Assembly: GCF_049243625.1 (NCBI RefSeq)
Contig: NZ_CP046975.1
DNA from: Corynebacterium amycolatum
Lineage (GTDB): Bacteria; Actinomycetota; Actinomycetes; Mycobacteriales; Mycobacteriaceae
Reading direction: 5' to 3' (one strand)
Length of the DNA: 32,000 bases
Shown: in pieces, positions 16,799-26,936 of the stretch
Layout: the number at the start of each line of letters is the position of its first letter
Position numbering within the stretch: the first letter of the stretch is position 1
The notes under the pieces: generated by a model
The model's database searches: none
What the model saw: the letters and a program-made list of their open reading frames with translations, nothing else
Told to the model about the DNA's origin: nothing
Position numbers and translations under genes: made by a program

Positions 16799-17764
16799 AT
16801 GCTCTCACGGCCGAGAATTTTGTCTATCCTTCTATTGGGTCTAGGCACTGCACTGCTTGCTGCTGGCATCTTGCTGCCCAAAGTGCTCAATGTTGATCCC
16901 AAAATGCCGCTTAACCTGCCGCCGGTGTCGTACACCCTGCGGGCGGAAGACAGCGTATCCACCAGGATTAACGAAGAAGGCAAGCGCGAAGAAGTGCACT
17001 CGCCGCTGCAGAGACAGCTCCACGGCGTACTCATCGAACCTGCCGATGCGGACAAGGTTTCGCTCCGTGTCGGTGTGACTGAAATGCGTGAGCTTCCCCC
17101 GGAGGTCATGGGCACCGACCCGCTGACCGAGCTTATCGAGGCCAATATCTGGACAGTGACCATCGACCGACTCACCGGCGAGGCGCTGGCTCCTGCGACG
17201 CTTGTCGACCGCATGGCGGGCGTTCCGCGGTCTGTGGCTTTCGAGGGGAACTGGGTGAAGCTCCCGGCCGACACGGAGGAAAAGGAATATCTGATCTTTG
17301 ATGATTTCCTCCACGATTCCCTGCCAGCAAAGTTTGTCGGGGAAGAGGAACGCGGCGGCAACCGCGTTCTGCATTTCCGTCAGGATATTGAGAAGACGAA
17401 TCTCGCCCAGAAGTACCGTTCTTACGTCTCTCAGCTAACTCAGGATGACAAATCCGGGTTCCTCCAGTACCAGGGCACCCGTGATTTTTGGGTTGAGCCG
17501 AAGTCTGGCTCGGTCATCGATATGGCCGAGGACATCCACCTTTGGTGGGAGACTCGCGATGGCGAGCCGATCATGGACTACCTGCGCTTCAACGGAAAGA
17601 TGGACGAAGGCCTTTCCAATCAGCTTCTCTTCGGCGCAATACAGAATTTCCAGCGCCCGGCTCTAGAGCCGTGGTCAATCGGTCTCATTACGTCCGGTTC
17701 GATTCTGGTATTCATCGCAATCGTGGGCATCGTGCGTCCTTCGACCCGTCGTAAAGCAGAGTAA
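16799..17764 (+). CDS. membrane protein with N- and C-terminal TM helices (DUF3068/PorA-family-like, tentative)
   Basis: ATG 16799 gives 321 aa. TM helices are ILSILLLGLGTALLAAGILL and IGLITSGSILVFIAIVGIV. There is no SD. TAAAGT at 16786-16791 lies 7 nt before the ATG, so a leaderless mRNA is possible. Confidence 0.7.
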   Translation: MLSRPRILSILLLGLGTALLAAGILLPKVLNVDPKMPLNLPPVSYTLRAEDSVSTRINEEGKREEVHSPLQRQLHGVLIEPADADKVSLRVGVTEMRELPPEVMGTDPLTELIEANIWTVTIDRLTGEALAPATLVDRMAGVPRSVAFEGNWVKLPADTEEKEYLIFDDFLHDSLPAKFVGEEERGGNRVLHFRQDIEKTNLAQKYRSYVSQLTQDDKSGFLQYQGTRDFWVEPKSGSVIDMAEDIHLWWETRDGEPIMDYLRFNGKMDEGLSNQLLFGAIQNFQRPALEPWSIGLITSGSILVFIAIVGIVRPSTRRKAE

Positions 17765-17777
17765 CGCTTTACGACGG
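17746..17777. repeat. perfect 12-bp inverted repeat ccgtcgtaaagc / gctttacgacgg around the stop codon
   Basis: Arms at 17746-17757 and 17766-17777. The 8-nt loop agagtaac contains the TAA (17762-17764). Confidence 0.9.
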
Positions 17778-17789
17778 CCATAGCGCCCA
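17765..17789 (-). repeat. bipartite 25-nt motif, copy d (minus strand: TGGGCGC-TATGGC-CGTCGTAAAGCG)
   Basis: The reverse complement of 17765-17789 matches the motif with identical spacing. It starts one nt after the stop codon of the upstream plus-strand gene. Confidence 0.8.
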
Positions 17790-18199
17790 GGCCTCCCCCT
17801 TTATATCGGTGACGGGTGAATGCGACACGCCCGATTTGTCAAGTTGTACTAGACAACTGCCAGTTTTTGATATAGGCTAAATCGTTGCGCTGGAATTAGT
17901 GTATCTGTCGCCAGCTCTTTTATAGTTTGCGCTCGGGGCTCGGGGCTATTATGTAGCACCGTTTTTCGTGCATCTAGCTGTTAAAGGAGTTGCCGCGGCG
18001 CCGCCGTTAGGGCTCGGGGGCTCGCCTTTTAAAGGCTGGTCTTGGAGGCCAAGTGGCGGGGGAATCACTTTCGTGTGTGACCAAAGGTTAGACGCAAAGT
18101 ATCCCGGTGCGCAACAGAAATAATTCCTGCAACTTGAATCGCGTATAAACCAAGCGGGCGGAGCGCACCACCGGTTGCCGGTGTGCTCCACCGCGTGAG

Positions 18200-21100
18200 G
18201 TGCTGGAAGGACGCATCTTGGCAGTCTCCCGCCAGACCAAGGCAGTAACCGGTATTCCCGGAGCTTCGAAGAGGTACTCGTTTGCAAAGATTCAGGAGCC
18301 GATTGCGGTTCCTGGTCTGCTCGACCTGCAGCGTGAGTCTTTCGCATGGCTCATTGGCACGCCTGAGTGGCGCGCTCGTCGCCAGGAGGAGCTCGGAGAA
18401 GACGCTCGGGTTACCAGCGGTCTCGAAGATATTCTAGAAGAGCTCTCTCCGATCGAGGACTACTCCCAGAAGATGTCCCTGACGCTGTCGGACCCATGGT
18501 TCGACTCCGTCAAGAACACCGTGGATGAGTCCAAGGATAAGGACATCAACTACTCGGCTCCCCTCTACGTCACCGCGGAGTTCACCAACCGCGAGACCGG
18601 TGAGATCAAGAGCCAGACTGTCTTCATCGGTGACTTCCCGATGATGACGGACAAGGGTACGTTCATCGTCAACGGAACTGAGCGTGTCGTTGTTTCTCAG
18701 CTGGTGCGCTCTCCGGGCGTCTACTTCGATGAGACCATCGACAAGTCCACCGAGCGCCCGCTGCACTCGGTGAAGATTATTCCGTCGCGCGGTGCGTGGC
18801 TGGAGTTCGACGTCGACAAGCGGGACACCGTCGGCGTTCGTATTGACCGTAAGCGTCGCCAGCCGGTCACGGTTCTGCTGAAGGCTTTCGGCTGGACCAC
18901 TGAGGAAATCAAGGAGCGCTTCGGCTTCTCTGAGATCATGATGGCCACCCTGGAGAAGGACGGTGTTGCAAACACCGACGAGGCTCTGCTGGAGATTTAC
19001 CGCAAGCAGCGCCCGGGTGAGCCGCCGACGCGCGAGTCCGCGCTGGCTCTGCTGGAGAACAACTTCTTCAAGCCGAAGCGCTACGACCTGGCCAAGGTCG
19101 GTCGCTACAAGGTCAACCGCAAGCTGGGCCTGGGTACTGAGGTCTCTGGCGAGATGGTCCTGACCGAACAGGATATCGCTACCACCATTGAATACCTCGT
19201 GCGCCTGCACGACGGCGAGAATGTTATGACCTCGCCGGAAGGGGTCGAGATTCCGGTTGAGACCGACGATATCGACCACTTCGGTAACCGTCGTCTGCGT
19301 ACCGTAGGCGAGCTGATTCAGAACCAGGTTCGCGTGGGTCTGTCCCGCATGGAACGCGTGGTTCGTGAGCGCATGACCACTCAGGACGTGGAGTCGATCC
19401 AGCCGACCACTCTGATTAACGTGCGCCCGGTCTCCGCGGCTATCCGTGAGTTCTTCGGTACTTCCCAGCTGTCCCAGTTCATGGACCAGAACAACTCGCT
19501 GTCGGGTCTGACCCACAAGCGTCGTCTGTCCGCACTGGGTCCGGGTGGTCTGACCCGTGACCGTGCTGGTCTCGAGGTTCGAGACGTTCACCCGTCCCAC
19601 TACGGCCGCATGTGTCCAATTGAGACCCCAGAGGGTCCGAACATTGGCCTGATTGGTTCGCTGTCCTGCTACGCACGCGTGAACCCGTTCGGTTTCATTG
19701 AGACTCCGTACCGTCGCGTCCGCGATGGTGTCATCACCGATGAGGTCGACTACCTCACCGCTGATGAGGAAGACCGCTACGTCGTTGCGCAGGCCAACAC
19801 TCCGATCGACGAGAACGGCCACTTCGTTCAGGAGACCCTGTCTGTTCGTAAGAAGGGTGGTGACGTCGAGTCCGTCCGCGCTGATGAGGTCGACTACCTC
19901 GATGTTTCCCCGCGTCAGATGGTCTCCGTGGCTACTGCCATGATTCCGTTCCTCGAGCACGACGACGCTAACCGTGCCCTGATGGGTGCGAACATGCAGC
20001 GTCAGGCTGTGCCGCTACTGCGTTCGGAGGCTCCGTTCGTCGGTACCGGTATGGAGCAGCGTGCTGCTTACGACGCGGGCGATGTCATTGTCGCTTCGGC
20101 CGCCGGTGTGGTCGAGACCGTGTCGGCAGACTTCATCACCATCATGGACGATGAAGGCCAGCGCCACACCTACCTGCTGCGCAAGTTCGAGCGCACCAAC
20201 CAGGGCACCTGCTACAACCAGAAGCCACTGGTTGACGAGGGCCAGCGTGTTGAGGCCGGCCAGGTCATCGCTGACGGTCCGGGTACCGACAACGGTGAGA
20301 TGGCACTTGGTAAGAACCTGCTCGTGGCATTCATGCCGTGGGAAGGTCACAACTACGAGGACGCCATCATCCTGAACCAGCGCATGGTTGAGGAGGACAT
20401 CTTGACCTCGATTCACATCGAGGAGCACGAGATCGACGCCCGCGACACCAAGCTGGGTCCGGAGGAAATCACCCGTGACATCCCGAACGCGTCCGAGGAG
20501 ATGCTGAAGGATCTGGATGAACGCGGCATCGTCCGCATCGGTGCCGACGTTCGCGACGGTGACATCCTGGTCGCTAAGACCACGCCGAAGGGTGAGACTG
20601 AGCTGACTCCGGAGGAGCGCCTGCTGCGCGCTATCTTCGGCGAGAAGTCCCGCGAGGTCCGTGACACTTCCATGCGTGTTCCGCACGGTGAGTCCGGCAA
20701 GGTCATCGGCGTCCGTGTCTTCTCCCGTGAAGACGATGACGACCTGGCACCGGGTGTCAACGAGATGGTCCGCGTGTACGTTGCGCAGAAGCGCAAGATC
20801 CAGGACGGCGACAAGATGGCAGGTCGCCACGGTAACAAGGGCGTTATCGGCAAGATCCTGCCGCAGGAGGACATGCCGTTCCTGCCGGACGGCACCCCGG
20901 TCGACATCATTCTGAACACCCACGGTGTTCCGCGTCGTATGAACATCGGCCAGGTCCTCGAGGTTCACCTCGGCTGGCTGGCGAAGGCCGGCTGGAGCAT
21001 TGAGGGCGACCCGGATTGGGCTAAGCGTCTTCCGGCCGACCTGCACGACGTTCCGTCCGACTCCCTGGTTGCAACCCCAGTGTTCGACGGTGCTGAGAAC

Positions 21101-21688
21101 GAGGAACTCGCTGGTCTGCTCGCGTCGTCCCGCCCGAACCGTGACGGCGAGGTGCTGGTCAACGCTGACGGTAAGGCCACGCTGTTCGACGGCCGCTCTG
21201 GCGAAAAGTTCCCGTTCCCGGTTTCGGTGGGCTACATGTACATGCTGAAGCTGCACCACCTGGTCGACGAGAAGATTCACGCTCGTTCCACCGGTCCGTA
21301 CTCCATGATTACCCAGCAGCCGCTGGGTGGTAAGGCTCAGTTCGGTGGTCAGCGCTTCGGTGAGATGGAGGTGTGGGCAATGCAGGCATACGGCGCTGCC
21401 TACACCCTGCAGGAGCTGCTCACCATCAAGTCCGATGACGTGGTTGGCCGCGTCAAGGTCTACGAGGCAATCGTGAAGGGCGACAACATTCCGGATCCGG
21501 GTATTCCGGAGTCGTTCAAGGTGCTTCTGAAGGAACTGCAGTCGCTCTGCCTGAACGTTGAGGTCCTTTCGGCCGACGGCGTTCCGGTTGAGTTGGGCTC
21601 CTCCGACGATGAGGAACTCGACCACGCGACCGCTTCCCTCGGCATTAACCTGTCCCGCGATGAGCGTTCCGACGCTGACTCCGCATAG
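18200..21688 (+). CDS. rpoB: DNA-directed RNA polymerase beta subunit
   Basis: GTG start. (M)[15 protein letters not shown]...[19 protein letters not shown]... and full-length RpoB blocks throughout the 1162 aa. Confidence 0.98.
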   Translation: MLEGRILAVSRQTKAVTGIPGASKRYSFAKIQEPIAVPGLLDLQRESFAWLIGTPEWRARRQEELGEDARVTSGLEDILEELSPIEDYSQKMSLTLSDPWFDSVKNTVDESKDKDINYSAPLYVTAEFTNRETGEIKSQTVFIGDFPMMTDKGTFIVNGTERVVVSQLVRSPGVYFDETIDKSTERPLHSVKIIPSRGAWLEFDVDKRDTVGVRIDRKRRQPVTVLLKAFGWTTEEIKERFGFSEIMMATLEKDGVANTDEALLEIYRKQRPGEPPTRESALALLENNFFKPKRYDLAKVGRYKVNRKLGLGTEVSGEMVLTEQDIATTIEYLVRLHDGENVMTSPEGVEIPVETDDIDHFGNRRLRTVGELIQNQVRVGLSRMERVVRERMTTQDVESIQPTTLINVRPVSAAIREFFGTSQLSQFMDQNNSLSGLTHKRRLSALGPGGLTRDRAGLEVRDVHPSHYGRMCPIETPEGPNIGLIGSLSCYARVNPFGFIETPYRRVRDGVITDEVDYLTADEEDRYVVAQANTPIDENGHFVQETLSVRKKGGDVESVRADEVDYLDVSPRQMVSVATAMIPFLEHDDANRALMGANMQRQAVPLLRSEAPFVGTGMEQRAAYDAGDVIVASAAGVVETVSADFITIMDDEGQRHTYLLRKFERTNQGTCYNQKPLVDEGQRVEAGQVIADGPGTDNGEMALGKNLLVAFMPWEGHNYEDAIILNQRMVEEDILTSIHIEEHEIDARDTKLGPEEITRDIPNASEEMLKDLDERGIVRIGADVRDGDILVAKTTPKGETELTPEERLLRAIFGEKSREVRDTSMRVPHGESGKVIGVRVFSREDDDDLAPGVNEMVRVYVAQKRKIQDGDKMAGRHGNKGVIGKILPQEDMPFLPDGTPVDIILNTHGVPRRMNIGQVLEVHLGWLAKAGWSIEGDPDWAKRLPADLHDVPSDSLVATPVFDGAENEELAGLLASSRPNRDGEVLVNADGKATLFDGRSGEKFPFPVSVGYMYMLKLHHLVDEKIHARSTGPYSMITQQPLGGKAQFGGQRFGEMEVWAMQAYGAAYTLQELLTIKSDDVVGRVKVYEAIVKGDNIPDPGIPESFKVLLKELQSLCLNVEVLSADGVPVELGSSDDEELDHATASLGINLSRDERSDADSA

Positions 21689-21836
21689 TTTCTCGCTTAA
21701 CGACGAAACATTGCGTGAGTATCAGGGGCGGGAAGCCCTAACTCGCGAATAACCCAACACAGACGACAACGTACAAAAACCTCCGCAGAGAATTTGGTTT
21801 CCGCATTACTTCGATGCGGAGGGAAAGGGAAAACAG

Positions 21837-24800
21837 GTGCTCGACGTCAACAACTTTGACGAGCTCCGGATTGGGCTCGCTACCGCCGACGACATCCGCC
21901 GCTGGTCTCGCGGTGAGGTCAAGAAGCCCGAGACGATTAACTACCGTACGCTGAAGCCGGAAAAGGATGGCCTTTTCTGTGAGCGTATCTTCGGCCCGAC
22001 CCGTGACTGGGAGTGTGCTTGTGGTAAGTACAAGCGCGTTCGCTTCAAGGGCATCATCTGTGAACGCTGTGGCGTTGAGGTGACCAAGTCGAAGGTTCGC
22101 CGTGAGCGCATGGGCCACATTGAGCTGGCCGCTCCGGTCACTCACATCTGGTACTTCAAGGGTGTGCCGTCCCGCCTCGGCTACCTGCTCGACCTGGCTC
22201 CGAAGGATCTGGAAAAGATCATCTACTTCGCTGCCAACATCATCACCTCCGTGGATGAAGAGGCTCGCCACAACGACCAGGAAACCCTCGAAGCAGACAT
22301 GCTCGTGGACAAGAAGCTGGTTGAGGACGATCGTGACCAGGAGCTGGCCGAGCGTGCCCAGACCCTGGAAGAGGATCTGGCTGAACTCGAGGCAGCGGGT
22401 GCCAAGGCTGATGCCCGTAAGAAGGTTCAGTCCGCAGCCGAGCGCGAGATGCGCCACATCCGTGAGCGCGCCCAGCGCGAGCTGGATCGTCTCGACGAGA
22501 TTTGGAACACCTTCATCAAGCTCGAGCCGAAGCAGATGATTATCGACGAGGGTATTTACACCGAACTCGTCGACCGCTACGAGGATTACTTCACCGGTGG
22601 TATGGGTGCTGAGGCTATTCAGACCCTGATCCGCAACTTCGACCTGGCCAAGGAGGCCGAGGAGCTGCGCGAGATTATTCGCGACGGCAAGGGACAGAAG
22701 AAGATGCGCGCCCTCAAGCGCCTGAAGGTTGTCACTGCATTCCTGCAGTCCGGCAACGACCCGGCCGCTATGGTGCTCGACTGCATTCCGGTGATTCCGC
22801 CGGAGCTGCGCCCGATGGTGCAGCTCGACGGTGGCCGCTTTGCGACCTCGGACTTGAACGACCTCTACCGTCGTGTCATCAACCGAAACAACCGCCTGAA
22901 GCGCATGATTGACCTGGGCGCTCCGGAAATCATCGTCAACAACGAGAAGCGCATGCTTCAGGAATCCGTTGACGCACTGTTTGACAACGGACGTCGTGGC
23001 CGCCCGGTCACTGGTCCGGGTAACCGCCCGCTGAAGTCCCTGAGCGACCTGCTCAAGGGCAAGCAGGGTCGTTTCCGTCAGAACCTGCTGGGTAAGCGTG
23101 TTGACTACTCCGGCCGTTCGGTTATTATCGTCGGCCCGCAGCTGAAGCTGCACCAGTGTGGTCTGCCGAAGCTGATGGCTCTTGAGCTGTTCAAGCCGTT
23201 CGTTATGAAGGAGCTCGTGGCCAAGAGCTACGCGCAGAACATCAAGAGCGCGAAGCGCATGGTTGAGCGTCAGCGCCCAGAGGTGTGGGACGTCCTCGAA
23301 GATGTCATTACCGGACACCCGGTCCTGCTGAACCGTGCACCTACGCTGCACCGCCTGGGTATTCAGGCGTTCGAGCCGGTCCTGGTTGAGGGTAAGGCAA
23401 TTCAGCTGCACCCACTGGCATGTGAGGCTTTCAACGCCGACTTCGACGGTGACCAGATGGCAGTTCACCTGCCGCTGTCCGCTGAAGCACAGGCCGAGGC
23501 TCGCGTCCTGATGCTGTCCTCGAACAACATTCTGTCGCCGGCTTCCGGTAAGCCGCTGGCTATGCCGCGTCTGGATATGGTCACTGGCCTGTACTTCCTG
23601 ACACTGGAGAAGCCGGAGCTGCCGGGTGGCCACCAGGATGCCACCGAGGACGCACCGGAGCAGGGTATTTACACCAGCCCGGCCGAGGCCATCATGGCTT
23701 ACGACCGCGGTGCAATTGGCCTGCAGAGCCCAATTAAGGTTCGCATCAGCCACCTGCGTCCGCCGGCCGAGATTGAGTCCGAGCAGTTTCCAGATGGTTG
23801 GAACAAGGGCGATACCTGGCTGGCTTCCACCACGCTGGGCCGCGTTATGTTCAACGACCTGCTGCCGTGGAACTACCCATACGTCGAAGGCGTTATGGCT
23901 AAGAAGCCGCAGGCTGCGATCATCAACGACTTGGCTGCCAAGTACCCGATGATTACGGTCGCTCAGACCGTCGACAAGCTCAAGGATGCTGGTTTCTACT
24001 GGGCTACCCGTTCTGGTGTCACCATTGCTATGTCTGACGTGCTGGTTCTCCCGAACAAGCGTGAGATCCTGAACGGCTACGAAGAGAAGGCCGCCACGGT
24101 GGAGAAGAAGTTCCGCCGCGGTAAGCTCTCGGCCGCTGAGCGTCACGAGTCGCTGGTTAACCTGTGGAAGGCTGCGACGGCTGAGGTCGGTGAAAAGGTC
24201 GAGGCTCTGTACCCGGATGACAACCCGATTCCGATGATCGTGAAGTCGGGTGCTGCCGGTAACATGGGCCAGATTCACTCGCTGGCCGGCATGAAGGGCA
24301 TGGTTACGAACCCGCGTGGTGAATACATCACCCGCCCGATTAAGACCTCCTTCCGCGAAGGCCTGTCGGTTCTCGAGTACTTCAACAACTCGCACGGTTC
24401 CCGTAAGGGTCTGGCCGATACCGCGCTTCGTACCGCTGACTCGGGTTACCTGACCCGTCGTCTGGTCGACGTTGCACAGGACGTCATCGTTCGCGAAGAG
24501 GACTGTGGCACCCACGACGGTGTCGTTGTCGAGATTGGCGAGGATGTTCTGGACGCAACCGGCAACCCGACCGGCGAGATCCGTCGTGCGAAGTACGTCG
24601 AGACCGCCGCGATTGCTCGCGTACTGGCAGCAGATGTCACCGACGCTGAGGGCAATGTCCTTATCGAGGCTGACACCGACCTGAACGACGACCACATCAC
24701 CCTGGCTCTCAGCCACGGTGTCAAGGAAGTCAAGGTCCGCTCGGTTCTGACCTGTTCCACCGCAACCGGTGTCTGTGCCAAGTGCTACGGTCGTTCGATG

Positions 24801-25808
24801 GCAACCGGCAAGCTGGTCGACATCGGAGAGGCTGTCGGTATTGTCGCTGCGCAGTCCATTGGTGAGCCGGGTACCCAGCTGACCATGCGTACGTTCCACC
24901 AGGGTGGTGTCGGTGGCGACATTACCGGTGGTCTGCCGCGTGTCCAGGAGCTGTTCGAGGCCCGAGTGCCGAAGAACAAGGCTCCACTGGTTCGCGAAAA
25001 CGGTCGCGTGCGCCTGGAGGAGGACGAGCACTTCTACACGCTCACCCTCATCCCGGATGCCAACAGCGAGGACGAGGTCGTCTACGACAAGCTGGCCAAG
25101 CGTCAGGGTCTGGCTGAAATCACCGTCGATGGCCGTCGTCGCGCCATCCGCGATGGTGACCATGTGGTTAAGGGGCAGCAGCTGCTCAAGGGCGCTGCCG
25201 ATCCGCACGAGGTCCTCGAGGTCCTGGGGCGCCGCGGTGTCCAGCGTCACCTCATTGAGGAAGTCCAGTCGGTCTACCGTGACCAGGGTGTGGCCATTCA
25301 CGACAAGCACATCGAGGTTATTGTCAGCCAGATGCTGCGCCGCGTGATTGTGTCCAAGCCGGGTGACTCCGACCTGCTGCCAGGCGCATTGGTCGAGCGC
25401 TCCACGGTCATGGCTAAGAACCGCGAGATTGTTGCCTCCGGCGGCAGCGTCATCGAGGGCCGTCGCGTGCTGATGGGTATTACCAAGGCATCGCTGGCCA
25501 CCGAGTCCTGGCTGTCCGCGGCCTCCTTCCAGGAGACGACGCGCGTGCTTACCGACGCCGCTATCAACAAGCGCTCGGATAAGCTCATCGGCCTGAAGGA
25601 GAACGTGATCATCGGTAAGCTAATCCCGGCTGGTACGGGTATCTCGCGCTACCGCAACATCACTGTTGAGCCGACTGAGGAAGCTGCCCGCCAGGCAGCC
25701 GCACCATTTGCCTCCTTCGGTGAGGGCTTCTACGGTGCCGAGGACACCTACGGCATCGACCAGGTTGGTTCCGCAGTTCCGCTGGATGACATCGGAACCT
25801 TCGAGTAA
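21837..25808 (+). CDS. rpoC: DNA-directed RNA polymerase beta' subunit
   Basis: GTG start. The Zn-finger [23 protein letters not shown] and the catalytic NADFDGD are present. 1323 aa. Confidence 0.98.
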   Translation: MLDVNNFDELRIGLATADDIRRWSRGEVKKPETINYRTLKPEKDGLFCERIFGPTRDWECACGKYKRVRFKGIICERCGVEVTKSKVRRERMGHIELAAPVTHIWYFKGVPSRLGYLLDLAPKDLEKIIYFAANIITSVDEEARHNDQETLEADMLVDKKLVEDDRDQELAERAQTLEEDLAELEAAGAKADARKKVQSAAEREMRHIRERAQRELDRLDEIWNTFIKLEPKQMIIDEGIYTELVDRYEDYFTGGMGAEAIQTLIRNFDLAKEAEELREIIRDGKGQKKMRALKRLKVVTAFLQSGNDPAAMVLDCIPVIPPELRPMVQLDGGRFATSDLNDLYRRVINRNNRLKRMIDLGAPEIIVNNEKRMLQESVDALFDNGRRGRPVTGPGNRPLKSLSDLLKGKQGRFRQNLLGKRVDYSGRSVIIVGPQLKLHQCGLPKLMALELFKPFVMKELVAKSYAQNIKSAKRMVERQRPEVWDVLEDVITGHPVLLNRAPTLHRLGIQAFEPVLVEGKAIQLHPLACEAFNADFDGDQMAVHLPLSAEAQAEARVLMLSSNNILSPASGKPLAMPRLDMVTGLYFLTLEKPELPGGHQDATEDAPEQGIYTSPAEAIMAYDRGAIGLQSPIKVRISHLRPPAEIESEQFPDGWNKGDTWLASTTLGRVMFNDLLPWNYPYVEGVMAKKPQAAIINDLAAKYPMITVAQTVDKLKDAGFYWATRSGVTIAMSDVLVLPNKREILNGYEEKAATVEKKFRRGKLSAAERHESLVNLWKAATAEVGEKVEALYPDDNPIPMIVKSGAAGNMGQIHSLAGMKGMVTNPRGEYITRPIKTSFREGLSVLEYFNNSHGSRKGLADTALRTADSGYLTRRLVDVAQDVIVREEDCGTHDGVVVEIGEDVLDATGNPTGEIRRAKYVETAAIARVLAADVTDAEGNVLIEADTDLNDDHITLALSHGVKEVKVRSVLTCSTATGVCAKCYGRSMATGKLVDIGEAVGIVAAQSIGEPGTQLTMRTFHQGGVGGDITGGLPRVQELFEARVPKNKAPLVRENGRVRLEEDEHFYTLTLIPDANSEDEVVYDKLAKRQGLAEITVDGRRRAIRDGDHVVKGQQLLKGAADPHEVLEVLGRRGVQRHLIEEVQSVYRDQGVAIHDKHIEVIVSQMLRRVIVSKPGDSDLLPGALVERSTVMAKNREIVASGGSVIEGRRVLMGITKASLATESWLSAASFQETTRVLTDAAINKRSDKLIGLKENVIIGKLIPAGTGISRYRNITVEPTEEAARQAAAPFASFGEGFYGAEDTYGIDQVGSAVPLDDIGTFE

Positions 25809-25949
25809 AAATCAATAGCTTTGCGGCCGCGGCTGGGGGTGGCAATCCTTTGAGATCCCCCAGTTCACCGCTGAGCAGAGCCACGCTCCTAACAGGGCTT
25901 ACTGGTTAGCAATACGCGGTTAACCGAGCCCGACATTAGGCGGCAACCC

Positions 25950-26025
25950 AAAAATTCCCCCGACACCACAGTTGGTCAGTTGTTTTTAAACAGCTAGCCA
26001 AAAGGTGTTGGGGGATTTTTTGCTA
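25950..26025 (+). terminator. nested-hairpin intrinsic terminator after rpoC
   Basis: The outer stem aaaaattcccccgacacc / ggtgttgggggatttttt (one mismatch, one G-U) encloses an inner hairpin agttgttt..aaacagct, followed by a T-run. Confidence 0.65.
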
Positions 26026-26124
26026 TTTACTTAAGTAATTTGCTATTGAAATGCGTAATTTGTGGCTACAATAAACAGTACGTTCGTACGGTAGACATAG
26101 CAGCGCGCATGAGAGGTGCCCGCC

Positions 26125-26850
26125 ATGACTGAAATCACCATCATCCAACCCGATCCGACAGTCCCCATCGGCCGAATCGCACCATGGCTCGAAGAAATCG
26201 GAGCAACGTACACCACCGTCCGCCTATGTCGCGAACCAGTTCCGGCAATCACTGACTGCGGCGAGGGCATTATCATTCTGGGCGGCGCAATGGACGCCCT
26301 CAATGAAGAAAAGGCACCGTGGCTGCCCGCACTACGCACACTGCTTGACGACGCTCTTACCACCCACATTCCCGTTATCGGTATCTGCCTCGGACACCAA
26401 ATCATTGCCAATTGCTTTGGCGGTACGGTGACAGTGGCAGCACCTGGTCAAGGTCAAGAAGGCGCAGCGGAGGTCACGTTGACCTCGGAAGGTGCGTGCG
26501 ATCCACTTCTCGGTGCGCTACCTACAACCTTCGAGGTGGCAGAGTCCCACTTTGACGCAGTCGATGTACTCCCACCGCAGGCGACGTTACTGGCCACTGG
26601 TGAGCCATGCCCCGTCCAAGCCTTCCGGCTTGGCAGCATCGTCGGTGTGCAGTTCCACCCAGAGGCCACCCCAGAGTTAGTGGAGGAATGGTCAAAGACC
26701 AATGGCACGGATTCGGAGGCGATTGTGGCCAAGCTCCGAGCCGTCGATAAGCAGGTGGAAGCCAATGGGCGTGCGTTGATTGCGGCATTCGTCGAGCAGG
26801 TGGGTGCCAATCAGCCCAAGCGTGCCTGCAGTGTTGATGCGGGTGTCTAA
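26125..26850 (+). CDS. class I (type 1) glutamine amidotransferase-domain protein
   Basis: The nucleophile elbow GICLGHQ and the His/Glu pair in VQFHPE. ATG 26125 has GAGAGG 8 nt upstream (the ORF track starts at GTG 26116). Confidence 0.8.
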   Translation: MTEITIIQPDPTVPIGRIAPWLEEIGATYTTVRLCREPVPAITDCGEGIIILGGAMDALNEEKAPWLPALRTLLDDALTTHIPVIGICLGHQIIANCFGGTVTVAAPGQGQEGAAEVTLTSEGACDPLLGALPTTFEVAESHFDAVDVLPPQATLLATGEPCPVQAFRLGSIVGVQFHPEATPELVEEWSKTNGTDSEAIVAKLRAVDKQVEANGRALIAAFVEQVGANQPKRACSVDAGV

Positions 26851-26936
26851 GCAGGCTGCCTGATTAGACACAGCACGCACCCCGGGGCCGCGGTGGGGGC
26901 GGGAAAGCAGATGACTACCGCGGCACTCGCGACGTG

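Noticed and set aside
7289-17789. 25-nt bipartite motif interpreted as a sigma-70-type promoter
   Set aside because: If TAAAGC were a -10 box it would lack the conserved final T. The sequences 17 nt upstream (ggtcgt, gggttt, gggctg) are not conserved. The two conserved boxes are too close (6-nt gap) for -35/-10 geometry, and two copies point into the 3' ends of convergent genes.
17949-18347. 132-aa minus-strand ORF in the rpoB upstream region
   Set aside because: It overlaps the rpoB start and leader, has no RBS, and its composition is typical of non-coding GC-rich DNA.
18434-21625. 508-aa and 536-aa ORFs antisense to rpoB (18434-19960, 20015-21625)
   Set aside because: These have the same codon-aligned antisense artefact. 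The break between them corresponds to a single sense CTA codon at 20015-20017.
21738-25310. 1190-aa ORF antisense to rpoC
   Set aside because: It is in the codon-aligned antisense frame of rpoC (25308-21837 is a multiple of 3). In that frame stops arise only where the sense gene uses TTA, CTA or TCA codons. Its length therefore just reflects strong codon bias in a highly expressed gene. The product is low-complexity with no recognisable motif.
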